A stretch of DNA of 64,000 nt from Cetorhinus maximus (lineage: Eukaryota): assembly GCF_964194155.1 (NCBI RefSeq), contig NC_135917.1, positions 8,556,001 to 8,620,000 of the forward strand. The letters run 5' to 3'. The position numbers and the translations under genes were made by a program. The notes beneath the pieces were generated by a model. That model ran no database searches. It saw only the letters and a list, made by a program, of their open reading frames with translations, and was not told the origin of the DNA. Shown piece after piece: positions 52,351 to 64,000 of this stretch (positions are counted from its first letter, which is position 1; every line of letters begins with the position of its first letter).

Positions 52351-55300
52351 TATGGTGCTACCCTTGTGGCTCCAGCAGAGTTGGAGGCAGGCTACTTGTT
52401 CCCCAGCTCTGACAGCTGGGATTCTCATGGCTGACGTTCTCGGGGTTTTTGGGACCCATGCAAGGGCAGACTCAGTCATCGGGGCAGGAGGCAGCATGTG
52501 GGATTCTGAGGTGGGGTTGGGGTGGGCAAGGAGGGAGGAACAGACTTTCATGTTCCCTTTCTCCATCTTCCCTCTCAAGGCCCATCTGCGCTTTCCTGCT
52601 AGCCAAGAGCTGCAGAGCACTTTGTTGCACTTCAGTGAGGTGCCGAATGGCCAAGGCAAGGCTTTCCTTGAATTGGCAGTCTGGGAATGCAGGCCTTTAG
52701 TAAGGGTAAGCATGCACACAGTTGCACACGTCTGATGCTCCATGCAGATGGCCACTGTTTCCATGGAGATGGACATCAACACAAAGGCCTGAGACATTAT
52801 GGTACTCATGATAGAGGCGGTCTCCTCCAATCTCTCTCCAATGGTGCACAGTGTCTCTGGAAATGCTGACTGTTGCTACTCCAGAATAGTCCTCTTCGTG
52901 GATCACCCCCAGGTTTAGTATCTGTGTTCAACTGAACACAGCTTGGAAGGTCCTGCATCCTCTGACAGGGGCTCGCCAATGCCATCCCTGTATCCAATAC
53001 CTGTTCCTGCTCACTAGCAAAATGTGCCTCACCATGTGATAACCGAGCTAACCCCCGAGGAGTCCCACTGCAATGTGTGTATCCACATTGATGTGCCTGA
53101 GTCATGTGACAGTGCTTCCTATGAGTATGTAACCTGCTTGGCCTGCTCCGGCTCCCACTCCAGTGTCACGTTTGAAGGACCTGTGGGAGATCTCAGGCAT
53201 AAATTGGATCCAACAAGGGAAAAGGGTTCACAGTCATCATTGTGCAGATGTTCATATTTCAGTTAGTGATGACAGCAAATCAATGTGAGTGAGTGCTATA
53301 TGCCAAGTGGCACATTCTGTCACCAAGTATCTGGCAGATCCCCCATCTCTCCATCACCAATGTCCATGCAGTACGCCACTCTGCTGATCTCCAATTCGTC
53401 CTCCTCCACAGTGGTCAACCTGGCTATTACTGCAGGGCCAATCCCCCAGTTCTCTGCCTCTCCCTGGAGTTGTGCGCTCTCTTCTCCTGCAGGGAGAGAA
53501 AGCAGAGTTACAAGTGTAAGAAATAGATTATGGTGAGGATGGAATGAGTACGTTTGTGGAGGGTGACAGTGACGGATGGATTTGAGATGACAATAAGATG
53601 ATGGTGAATGTGAGCGTTAGCTGGTCAGATGAGGGTGTAAGGAAGTGCCGAGAGAGAGAGAGAGAGAGAGGAAAGAGTGGTGCTACAAAAGTTGTGTTGG
53701 TCTGAGGAGTGCTGTGCAGGAGAATACTGGGGAATTCAGAATGTGGGAGTAGGCACTTGAATGTGGGAGGCCATTCCTGCCTTCCTCACCTTTTCTGCCC
53801 CAGTGAGGTCATTGAACATCTTGCAGCACTGAATCAGACTGAGACCCTACATTCCTGCTGCTCACTTCTTTAGCTTACCTCAAGCCATACCTATTTTGCT
53901 TGTAAGGCTGGCTGCTTCCTCCCATCATGAAGAACAAGACTTCTCTTCAGGCACTCACAGCCCGCAGCATGATTGCCAGGGAAGCAATGGAGGACTGGCG
54001 GGGGTGGGGTGTTGGGGAAACGCCAACTTTCTCAAGTTGCACATCCATCCTTCTGCTCGCTCTATCCTCAGTGGCAGATCTGCGATGGAACCATTCAAAG
54101 CCCTCCCTTTAACTAGAGATCCTTCAATTGACAGGGGTGGGTCATCATCACTTTCACATTCTGATTGGTCAGGAAACTCAGGAGCAGGATACTGATACTG
54201 GAGCAAAGCCAGCGCCACAAACTATCAGGTATCCAACCCATTACCGGACTCCCACTGGCAAGTGGGTTGACAAGGTAAAAATTGTCAAGAGTGCATTCTC
54301 AAGACAACAAGGGCAAATGACTTTAGAGTTAGCATTTTAATAAATTGTTTTTACACAGATTTCTGGCATTTTTGACAACAATTTAAGATTGTCCCTCCCA
54401 AATATCTTCCCTTCACGCCTGAAGATTTTTGCTACCATATGGTCCTCCTGTTATCTTGCCCAGGCAACTATTTTTCATGGAAAGTGAATAATTGCAGCTG
54501 TTCAACCATGGCAAAGCACCTTTACGAAGCCAGGTCCTTTCGTCACCTGACAGCCACATGTGCACCTTCCAACAGGGAACACGTGCTAGCAATTGAGAGT
54601 GGATACACTGACTGGTTTACCTTTCCCTCACCCAGGGGCACCAAGGCCATTTGTAACATCCTTACCATTGCCCTGATCGAGATCAATTAACACAGCACAC
54701 TAAAGGACGTGTGACATTGCTGATCTATATGAAAAAAACAACTTTACTCCATGTCCAAGAAAGTCTCAACATTTACTGCAGAAATTAGAAGGGAATTTGA
54801 TGGTTAGTATTGACATATTACCAAAGGAATTATACATTCCACTTCCCCAATTCTTCAGAGTTCACTTTGAGATCAGGCAACAGTGCCCCAAACTCAGAAC
54901 AACTTGCTGTAACTCAATAACTTGTGTCTTGTGTGAAGAAGAATGTTTAGTAAATAACAGTGATTTATTTGAAGGGTATCCAGATAAGATCAGGAACTTT
55001 CAGAGGAAAGCTTATAATCGTCACCTGCGCCCCAAGAATATGGCTTTGTGCTCCTGTCCTTGAGTTATCAGTTATTATTTTATGTAGAAACTAATGGAGA
55101 TCTTGGATGTTTAAAAGCAGTAATCTATCTAGGGGATAAAAATGATTTAATAAACCACATGAATCCTGCTCTGAGAATACTGCCCTGCAAATGATCCAGG
55201 AGAGTTTTCCTATAACACATATCTGGCAATGAGGCTCTTTTATTTGACTTTGAATCTATTATTGCCAACAGTGCCTATCATGGCAAATATTAATGATCAG

Positions 55301-55459
55301 TACACTGTGGGTCATTGTGTGAGAACAGAAAGATTAACACTTGTGAAGTAATCACTAATAATTGGAGTGATTATTACTGTCAAATAACACAATCAGTGTG
55401 TCAAGGTTTGTTACATTCTCCTACTCAAACTCATTAATCCTCAGAGCTTCAAAATTGTG

Positions 55460-57690
55460 GAACTATCACCCCAATCTCCCTTTCCTCTCCAAAGTCCTTG
55501 AACATGTTGTCACTTCCCAAATCCCTTCCCATCTTTCCCGGAACTCCATGTTTGAAATGCTCCAATCAGGTTTCTGCCCCTGTGACAGGACCAGTCGGTC
55601 GCTTATCAAAGTCGCAATGAGATCCTATGTGACTGTGACACAGGTAAACTTTCCCTCCTCGTCCTTCTCGACCTGTCTGCAGCCTTTGACACGGTTTGAC
55701 CACACCATCCTCCTCCAACACCTCTCCACTGTCATCCAGCTGGGTGGGACCTGCTCTCACCTGGTTCCATTCTTATGTATACGGTCATAGCCAGAAAATC
55801 GCCCTCAATGGCTTCTCTTCCCACTCCCGCAATTTTACCTCTGGTGTCCCCCAAGACTCTATCCTTGGCCCCCTCCTATTTTTCTTCTGCATGCTGCCCC
55901 TCAGTGACATCATCCGAAAGCACAGCGTTAGTTTCCCAATGTATGCTGATGACGCCCAGCTCTACCTCCCTATCACGTTGCTCAATTCCTCCACTGTCTC
56001 TAAATTATCGGACTGCTTGTCCGACATCCAGTACTGGATGAGCAGAAATTTCCTCCAACTAAACATTGTGAGGGAATATATATTTTTAAATTTAAGTTGT
56101 ATGTTTTTGAGGCAGACCCTACCTCACAACAGAAATGGAACTGAAAATGAAACTGAAAGGAAAGCAGAGAAGGTAAACACAGAAATGAAACTGAACTTCC
56201 CAGTCACTAAGGAAACCAAAAGCAAGCTGAAGTTGGGAAGTCAAAACTAAACCTTGATGAAAGATATAAAAGGACACAGATCAGTCCAAGCTGGGCAGTA
56301 GCAGTTGTTGAGTCTATTGGAGCAGAACAGGCAAACTGAAGAAGACTCAAGAAGAGGGTAAATCCAGAAGGTGAGAAACAGCAAACAGAATAGTTTTCTG
56401 TTACTTAAAGATAAAATTGGTATATCTACACCTTCCAGACCGAGTTGAGCAGATTCTGCAGACATATGCCATTTGTGGTGAAGACCATGCCTTTGGAGTT
56501 CGGGTTGGTTGTGAGCTGCTGTCAGCTGGGGATCAGACTAGCTCCTAGAAGGAGAGAAGCTAAAATTCCACATGAGGAAGGCAGAGTTTGAAGGATTTTG
56601 TGACTCACTGTGATCACTAAAATCTGAGTGGACTACTTAGCCAATTCATAAGATCTATCTTAGTTGTATCTGACATTTAAGGTATAAATTAGAGTTTATA
56701 TTCAACCACAATTCGTCTGTTAATTCATGTTTAATTCATGATGTTAGAGTATAGGATAGATAGTATTTTGTGTTTTCTTTGTTGACTCTTGTATAGTAAA
56801 AAATCTTCTTTCTAAACCATGGAATCTTGTGACTTCATTATCTTAGTAAATAACCTGGATTTGAATTTTGTTTACGTTTTTTTAAGAAGTGTTACGGGTC
56901 TCTGCCAAGACCTTAACAATATTGAGAAGACCAAAGCCATTAGCCCTGATTTTAACTCTGTGAAAATGGGTGGATTTTGAATTGGTTAAAATCAGGTCCT
57001 TGCTCTCCTCTGCAAACTCCGTTCCCTAGCCACCAACTCCATCCCTCTCCCCAGCAACTTAGACCGTTCGCAACCTTGGTGTCACGTTTGATCCCAAGAT
57101 AAACGTCCGAACACATATCTGCACCATCACTAAGACCTCCTAATTCCACCTCCGTAGCATCACCCAACTTCTCCTGCCTCAGCTCATCTGCTGTTGAAAC
57201 TCTCATCCATATCTTTGTTACCTCTAGACTTGACTATTCTAATCCACTCCTGGCTGATCTTCCCCACAATCTACTCTCCATAAATTTGAGGTCATCCAAA
57301 ACTCTGATGCCCCTGTCTTAATTCACACTGAGCCCCATTCACCCACCACCGCTGTGCTCGCTGACCTACATTGGCTCCTGGTTAAGCAATGCCCTTGATT
57401 TTAAAATTCTCATCCGTGTTTTCACTCCATGTCCTCACCCCTCCCTATCTAATTTTAAGCACCGATTTTAATCGCTCCACCATTAGCAGCCTTGCCCTAA
57501 ACTCTGTAATCACCCCCCCCCAAGCTTCTTTACCCCTCTTTCTAACATTCCTTAAACCTACCACTTTATCCAAGCTTTTGGTCATCTACCCTAACATCTC
57601 ATTATGTGGCTTGGTGTCACAGTTTATTTGTTTACAGTCCAGTGAAGCACTTTGGATCATCTTACTATGTTAAAGGCACTATATAAATAC
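55460..57690 (+). mobile_element. L2 LINE (RT pseudogene), interrupted by a solo LTR
   Basis: FLSKVLEHVV, QSGF, GVPQDSILGPLLF, YADDAQLY, SRLDYSN, LHWL and L2 tail. Confidence 0.9.
56067..56918. mobile_element. Solo LTR (852 bp)
   Basis: TGTGAGG...CCTTAACA termini; 4-bp flanks ACAT/ATAT. Removal restores the L2 sequence caactaaa(c/t)attgagaagacc. Confidence 0.8.
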
Positions 57691-57754
57691 AGCTTGTCTC
57701 TTTCAGACCTTCCTTCTGACAAGCTTTTACAAACCAAGTGTGGCATCATTTTTA

Positions 57755-58125
57755 AAAATTCTTTCATGGGATGTGGGTGTCACTGGCAAGGCCAGCATTT
57801 GTTGCCCATCCCTAATTGCCCTTGGACCAAGTGGCTTGCTAGGCCATTTCAGAGGGCAGTTAAGAGTCAACCACATTGCTGTGGGTCTGGAGTCACATGT
57901 GTGTAGGTCAGACCAGATTTCCATCAGTGAACCAGATGGGTTTTTACAACATCAGATGATGATAGCTCCATGGTCACCATTACTGAGACTAGTTTTCAAC
58001 TCCAGATTTTATTAATTGAATTTAAATTCCACCAGCCACTATGGTGGGATTTGAACCCATGTCCCCAGAGGATTAGTTTGGGCCTCTAGATTATTAACCC
58101 AATGACATTACCACTATGCTACTGT
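57755..58125 (-). mobile_element. HE1-type SINE
   Basis: Colinear with the 12775-13160 copy. Confidence 0.85.
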
Positions 58126-60119
58126 CTCCCCATCTACATTCTGCTTGTTGACCTACCTTATCTCTTTTCAACCTTGGTGATGTTCTGCCCTATGAACCAT
58201 AGCCCGTCACCTAGTCTTTTCGATATATAATTTAAAAAAAATAAAAGGCAGTGAATTTCTTTCAAATTGGTTTTCTTATCAATGCTGTGAGGCCTGTCTT
58301 CTGGATGTAGAGGTTCTCCGATGCCAGACTATGGGTAACCATCACTGAGCCACAATCATAGAATGTTATGAGGTAGGATGTTAAAATGCATTCGATCCTG
58401 TGAGAGGACTTGAAGTATTGCCAGAATAACTTCATCAGCATATTACTAAGAACAAGAAAATCATGCTTAACATTACTATCAACAGCTTTCATCTCTGTAT
58501 GATTGTAGGGTTCTCTTTACTCTATGGTTGATTGCTGGACCAATCATAATTTAGAACAAGAGAGGGAGAAAACGCCCAGCCTGTTACAGGTGCGGGAACC
58601 AACAGTACTGCATGGAGTTTTGGGGGGTGGGGAGGAGACAATGTAACAGGGTGATGGACAGCAGCAAAGACAGAGCGTTGAGTTCCCAACCTGAGTAGTA
58701 TCAGCAGCAGGTGTATGTCGGAGTTGGGTGCCAAACATGAACAGCAAGATGCCAGTGAATGGGAGCACTTGGGGTCACGTTCTCACTTGAGAGCTCAGTC
58801 AATACAAGGAACCATGGCTGGCTGAAAAGTCAGGCGCCAGCCCACCTCTGCAAGGCTGGCAATCAGCACCAGATTTAACGGCTGGCTGGCTGTTAAGGGC
58901 TAAGGCCGTGGCTTCCGCCTCCCAGACCTGTGTGCCAATCAGATAGCCGGCAGCTCTGCAGTCCCAGCAAGTCTTTCTCTATCTTTACCCAATTAACCTA
59001 ACTGATTAGTTTACCACATTACTGTTTAAAATACATACCTTATTAATCATCTGGGTGGGGGTTCCAGTTTACCTATAATAGCTTCTGATGTTGCAGGCAA
59101 ACCTCCCAACGGAGCAGCTGCAAGCAGGTTTAAGCATGAACTTTGGGTGTTGGCATCCAACAAAGCCAATCCAGCTTCTTCCTGGTGAGGATTGGGAATC
59201 CTGCAAGGTTACAAACATGTTGTTTAAACAGAATACATTATGAAGACATACTACCTGCAATTTATATCCCACTGTGGCATGACTATCACTCACTTTGAAC
59301 TTTGCTGCTTGTGAGTGATCAGCCCAGCCCACACACACAATATAAATCACACTCCACAGATTTTCATATCTGACTCCACACATAAACTCAATTCACAATC
59401 TCTGACATAAATACCGTTTAATTTCAGCAACAGAATTGTTTTGCTCCTCCACTAAATTTGTTTCAAGTTAACCGTAGAACATTAAGACCCAGACCATTTG
59501 TTTTTAAGCGTAGACAATTTGAGGGATTTAATTCCCTCTGTTCCAAAACTAAACACAATAGATATATCTATTGTGAAGATGTGAATGATATAGCAATGAT
59601 GGGAGTTAAAAACCTAAAGCTGGATTCACTGGAGCAGAAAAGAAGGTGGAATCAAACAGAAACGTTCAAAATTATGAAAGATGGAGTGAATGACTATTTC
59701 TATTGGTTGGTGAATTAATATTGGGAGCGGGATCCAATTAACACTAGAAACAGAAAAAGGAAGGTAAGAAATATTTTCAATTATGAAGGTTAGTAAGGAT
59801 GTAGAATGCGTTACATAGGAACATAGGAGCAGGAGTAGGCCATTCGGCCCCTCGAGCCTGCTCTGCCATTTAACTGGCTCATGGCTGATCATCTACCTCA
59901 CACCTTTTCCTCGCTCTATCCCCGTATCCCTTAATATCATTGGTGCAAATTACTGAAAATGGCTAATAAAACTGAGCCAATCATAACACTAAAGAGGGAA
60001 TGAAATAAACACTTGAAGAATAAAATTATTACAGGGAAAGGGGAAAGTGTAGGGAAATTGGACTAAAGGAGATAGAGGTCTTATGTGGAGCTAACACAGG
60101 AACAAGGGGTTGACTTCTT

Positions 60120-61095
60120 CTTAATTCATTCATGGGATGTGGGCTTCATTGGCTAGGACAGCATTTATTGCCCATCCCTAATTGCCCTAGAGAAGGTGGT
60201 GGTGAGCTGCCTCCTTGAACCGCTGCAGTTCATGGGGTGTAGGTACACCCACAGTGCTGTTAGGGAGGGAGTTCCAGGATTTTGACCCAGTGACAGTGAA
60301 GAAACAGTGATATATTTCCAAGTCAGGATGGTGAGTGGCTTGGAGGGGAACTTCCAGGTGGTGGTGTTCCCATGTGTCTGCTGCCCTTGTCCTTCTAGAT
60401 GATAGCGGTCGTGGGTTTGGAAGGTACTATCTAAGGATCCTTCATGAGTTCCTGTAGTGCATCTTGTAGATGGTACACACTGCTGCCACTGTGCGTCGGT
60501 GGTGGAAGGAGTGAATGTTTGTGCATGTGGTGCCAATCAAGCAGGCTGCTTTATCCTGGATGGTGTCAAGCTTCTTGAGTATTGTTGGAGCTGCACTCAT
60601 CCAGGCAAGTGGAAAGTATTCCATTACACTCTTGAGTTGTGCCTTATAGATGGTGGACAGGCTTCAGGGCGTCAGGAGGTGAGTAACTCGCCACAGGACT
60701 CCTAGCCTCTGACCTGCTTTTGTAGCCACTGTATTTATATGGCTGGTCCAGTTCAGTTTCTGGTCAATGGTAACCCTCAGGATGTTGATAGTGGGGGATT
60801 CAGCGATGGTAATGCCATTGACTGTCAAGGGGAGATGGTTGGTTTCTCCCTTGTTGGAGATGGTCATTGCCCAGCACTTGTGTGGCACGAATGTTACTTG
60901 CCACTTATCAGCCCAAGTGTGGATATTGTCCAGGTCTTTCTGCATTTGGACATGGACTGCTTCAGTATCTGAGGAGTCGCAAATGGTGCTGAACATTGTG
61001 CAATCATCAATGAACATCCTCATTTCTGACCTTACGATGGAGGGAAGGTCATTGATGAAACAGCTGGAAATGGTTGGGCTGAGGACACACAACTG
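60120..61095 (-). mobile_element. HER1-like LINE, 5'-truncated
   Basis: Minus ORF 60664-61200: FINDLPSIVRSEMRMFIDDCTMF...QKLNWTSHINTVATKAGQRLG; HE1-shared tail at 60120. Confidence 0.9.
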
Positions 61096-61874
61096 CCTCT
61101 GACTGAGCTGAAATGTGTGTGTTTCACATTTCAGATCAGTCAGAGGTAGTTGTGTGAAATGGGTGTTGGTGTTTAACCAGTACACTACCGTAGTGTGCAA
61201 AAAAAATTAAATCACATATATATCCAACCTCAAAGCATGATGCAATGAGGTGAGAAAAGGGAAAATCTTTTTCTTGGTTTTGTTAGTCAAGTAATCTCAA
61301 ATTTTCCTTTTTATTCCCCCTTTTGCTTCATTTCATCAAATTTTACACAAGAAAGCTAGGTTGAGGATACACCAATGGTTCGTCAATCTTTCCCACCTGC
61401 AATGGAAGCAAAACAGAGGCAACTACACAATCCCAACTTTTTAATGATAATGACAAAAGGAATCACCCATAATGTTGCACCATTAATCTAACTAAGTCTT
61501 GACTGGTATCCTGCATCCATGACCCATGAAACAATTTCAGCACAAACCTTTGTCAAAGAGCAAAGGGGATCTGGGATCTCCTAGTTTCTTGGACAACATT
61601 CATTCCATAACCAACACAACGCCACCAAGACAGATAAACAATTTACCTTATTACTATTTGTGACACCTTTCTGCAGACAAATTGGTTGCTGCACTGGCCT
61701 GAAACAGTGGCTGGGATCTTCCGGTCCCGCCCTTGGCAGAAATCGTCTTGCGTACACACTGGGTGGGGTGGGGGGGGGGGTTAACAGGGAAGGGGAGGTG
61801 TTGTGGGGGGGGGAGAGGTGGGCGGGGTGCAGGGCGGAATATCTGATGGACCAGCCACAGGTCCATTGACTTTG

Positions 61875-62434
61875 AAACAAAAGCAGAAAATGCTGGAAAA
61901 TCTCAGCAGGCCTGGCAGCATCTGTGGAGGGAGAAACAGAGTTAATATTTCGAGTCTGTATGACTCTTCTTCAGAGCTGAAGAGAAGTAGAAATGTGATG
62001 AAATTTATACTGTTTAAGGGGGGGTGAAGCTGGATAGAAGGCCAGCGATAGGTGGGGACAAAGGAGGGATTGACAAAGAGGTCATGAACTAAAGGACAAA
62101 GGGAGTGTTAATGGTAGTGGTTAGTGCTAAAGGAGGTGCTGATAGTGGCATAAAGGTAAGAAAGCAGAATGTGATAATAGCAGAACAAGGGTAGCATTTA
62201 TGCCTTTATGCCACTATTAGCACTGGCCCTCTATCCAACTCCACCTGCCCCACCCCCCTTAAACAGTATAAATTTCATCACATTTCCACTTCTCTTCAGC
62301 TCTGAAGAAGAGTCATACGGACTCGAAACATCAACTCTGTTTCTCTCTCCACAGATGCTGCCAGACCTGCTGAGATTTTCCAGCATTTTCTGTTTTTGTT
62401 TCAGATGTCCAGCATCCGCAGCATTTTGCTTTTA
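61875..62434. mobile_element. Penelope insertion with inverted terminal repeats and two hammerhead ribozyme cores
   Basis: 13-bp TSD TCCATTGACTTTG (61862-61874 and 62435-62447); inverted arms about 61875-62025 and 62250-62410; CTGAAGA-A-GAGTC-loop-GACTC-GAAA on both strands. Host is a MITE starting GGCTGGGATCTTCC at about 61709. Confidence 0.85.
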
Positions 62435-64000
62435 TCCATTGACTTTGGGCGGGAATGCCCAGACCGGACTTTATTTCAAAGTAATTCATTGCCTGTGAAG
62501 TACTCTGAGGTGTCCTGAAGAGGTGATACATTGATATGTACTCATATACAATTGGAACGCCTTTTTTCTTTTGAGTAACTGAGTCATACTGAGCAGCGCT
62601 TCAAGAAGGCAGCTCACCACCACCTTCTCAAGGGCAATTAGGGATGGGCAATAAATGCTGGCTGAGCCAACGAAGCCCACATCCCGTGAATGAATAAAAA
62701 AAAGTGCCCCCCGCCTCAGCTTTAAACCCCATACGAAATTTGCTAATTTAGTTGCAGAAGTGCTACAATTGGCCTTGGTATCCTGTGTGAAGGAGGGGGT
62801 GGGAATGAAATCTGCCAGTATTCCTGCTGCTGATTTCTATGCACTGTCATAATATATAACTTTGCCTGCTGTGGGGTATTCTGCCCTTCCCTGGAAAGGC
62901 AGTAATTGAAAGAAAAATGCTCTGGGGGTGGGTGGAAATATTTTCAAAGGTAACACTTTGGGACAGAGACTCCCATTTGTGTAGCGCCGCTCACAGATTT
63001 ACATCAATTCCTAGGGGGCAGACAGCGCCATGGGCTATTAGCTGCACCGTTTGCCCCCCCAGGGAATTGGCATCGCCCACATAGCATGGCACAAGGCGGT
63101 GCGACACGAACACATTTCTCTCCCTCATTGGGCGGCAGCGTTCAGTGTCAGCCCAAACAAAAGTCCGCATCGGGCCTTAGCTGATTGGAGGAGGTGAACT
63201 GTGGCTGCTAAACGGGCATCCCAGCGGTGTTCCTGTGTGGGCCTTGGGCATCATTGCAGGGGCCAAGGGATCTTCTGCAATTTTCAGCTCCTGGCAGTCC
63301 ATTTCTCAGGCGCAAATCAGACTGTTGAGAGTCGAGGTTCCCTCCGTCCTATCAAGTCCCCCAGCCACAGAAAGGCCCATGCAGGTGACATACACGGACC
63401 CTTCATGGAATGGTTTTCACTGTGCTGAATGGGACTATCATCTTTCTGCTTTCGTGCTCCACTACAAATAAAGGCATTCAGGAGCAGCCAGATATCAAGT
63501 GCTCTGATACTGAAATGTTGAATGGAGCTAGAAAAGCAGGATTAGCATCCAGATCTGGGAACAATCTCAGTAATGCAAGCTTTCTGATGACAGAGACATT
63601 ATTCAGTTGAGCCTCTTTGGGCTGAGACACCTGATATGGTGGGTGTCTATGAGGTGTCTTTATACCAACATCGATTTGGAATTTCTCATTTCAAAGAAGA
63701 GGATTTTGACCTTTATTTCCCCAAAATGTCTTTCTGGCCAGATATTTTTTCAATTCAAGGTGGCCCACTCCATTCAAGAATATTGTGAAAGTAAAAGTGC
63801 TCATTTACTTTTGCCTCTTTCCTTTCATTTTCACTTGCTAAATGCTCTTAGCACTCATGTGGCTCTGCTGCACCATTGGAACATGCATAAATATGATCCA
63901 TATACAGGGTTCTGCACACCAGCTTCTGAGTTCCAGTTAATGTTGGGAGGGAATGAACATCAGCTCTTTCCTAAAATTTGTTGGAAAAGCTCCTTGGTAG

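Larger units (their letters stand above)
48027..54285. mobile_element. Decayed autonomous-type PIF/Harbinger transposon: transposase (+) and Myb/SANT-like gene (-), with nested insertions
   Basis: Plus strand: YRRRISYFNMTEHQCLRKHRLSK...ALNFFASGSFQ (49.28-49.48 kb), FHSIN/V.LICDH, GKGYPLRQWLMT..YN..IGQAIGLLKMRFRCLDRS (50.11-50.28 kb). Minus strand: DGRK...WLEV...QCCKMFNDLTGAEK|GTGAG (53.79-53.99 kb) and EKRAHNSRERQRTGG (from 53486). Termini only weakly inverted. Confidence 0.85.

Noticed and set aside
52213-52830. 205-aa minus-strand ORF, the longest in the window
   Set aside because: Chimera of the decayed Harbinger Myb-gene 3' exon and adjacent CR1 sequence; not a host gene.
63015-63035. 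GACAGCGCC as an RE1 site
   Set aside because: Only a right half-site, within a CpG-rich repeat-like segment; no TCAGCACC left half nearby.

Overview
Eukaryotic, repeat-rich vertebrate DNA. The repeat complement (HE1-type SINEs and partner LINE, Deu-domain SINEs, CR1/L2 LINEs, Penelope elements) points to a cartilaginous fish (inference). The only host gene seen is the 5' part of the voltage-gated sodium channel gene SCN8A (Nav1.6) on the minus strand. It comprises a candidate non-coding first exon/promoter at about 44.7-45.0 kb with Pou6f1/Brn5-like and YY1 motifs, coding exon 1 (39886-39611, 276 nt, overlapped by a 91-codon out-of-frame ORF from an ATG at -8), a 35.75-kb intron, and coding exon 2 (3860-3742, 119 nt, absent from the ORF track). 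Exon 2 is followed by a U12-type AT-AC intron that runs off the window. The rest is layered, nested transposon debris: a decayed near-complete Penelope retroelement, Penelope terminal repeats with hammerhead ribozyme cores, a decayed two-gene Harbinger transposon, a Myb-only Harbinger derivative, Tourist-like MITEs, two solo LTRs and many LINE/SINE fragments. I found no wholly new biological system. The best leads are SCN8A 5' regulation and the Penelope hammerheads. Repeat boundaries are approximate and family names come from recalled consensus motifs, not database searches.
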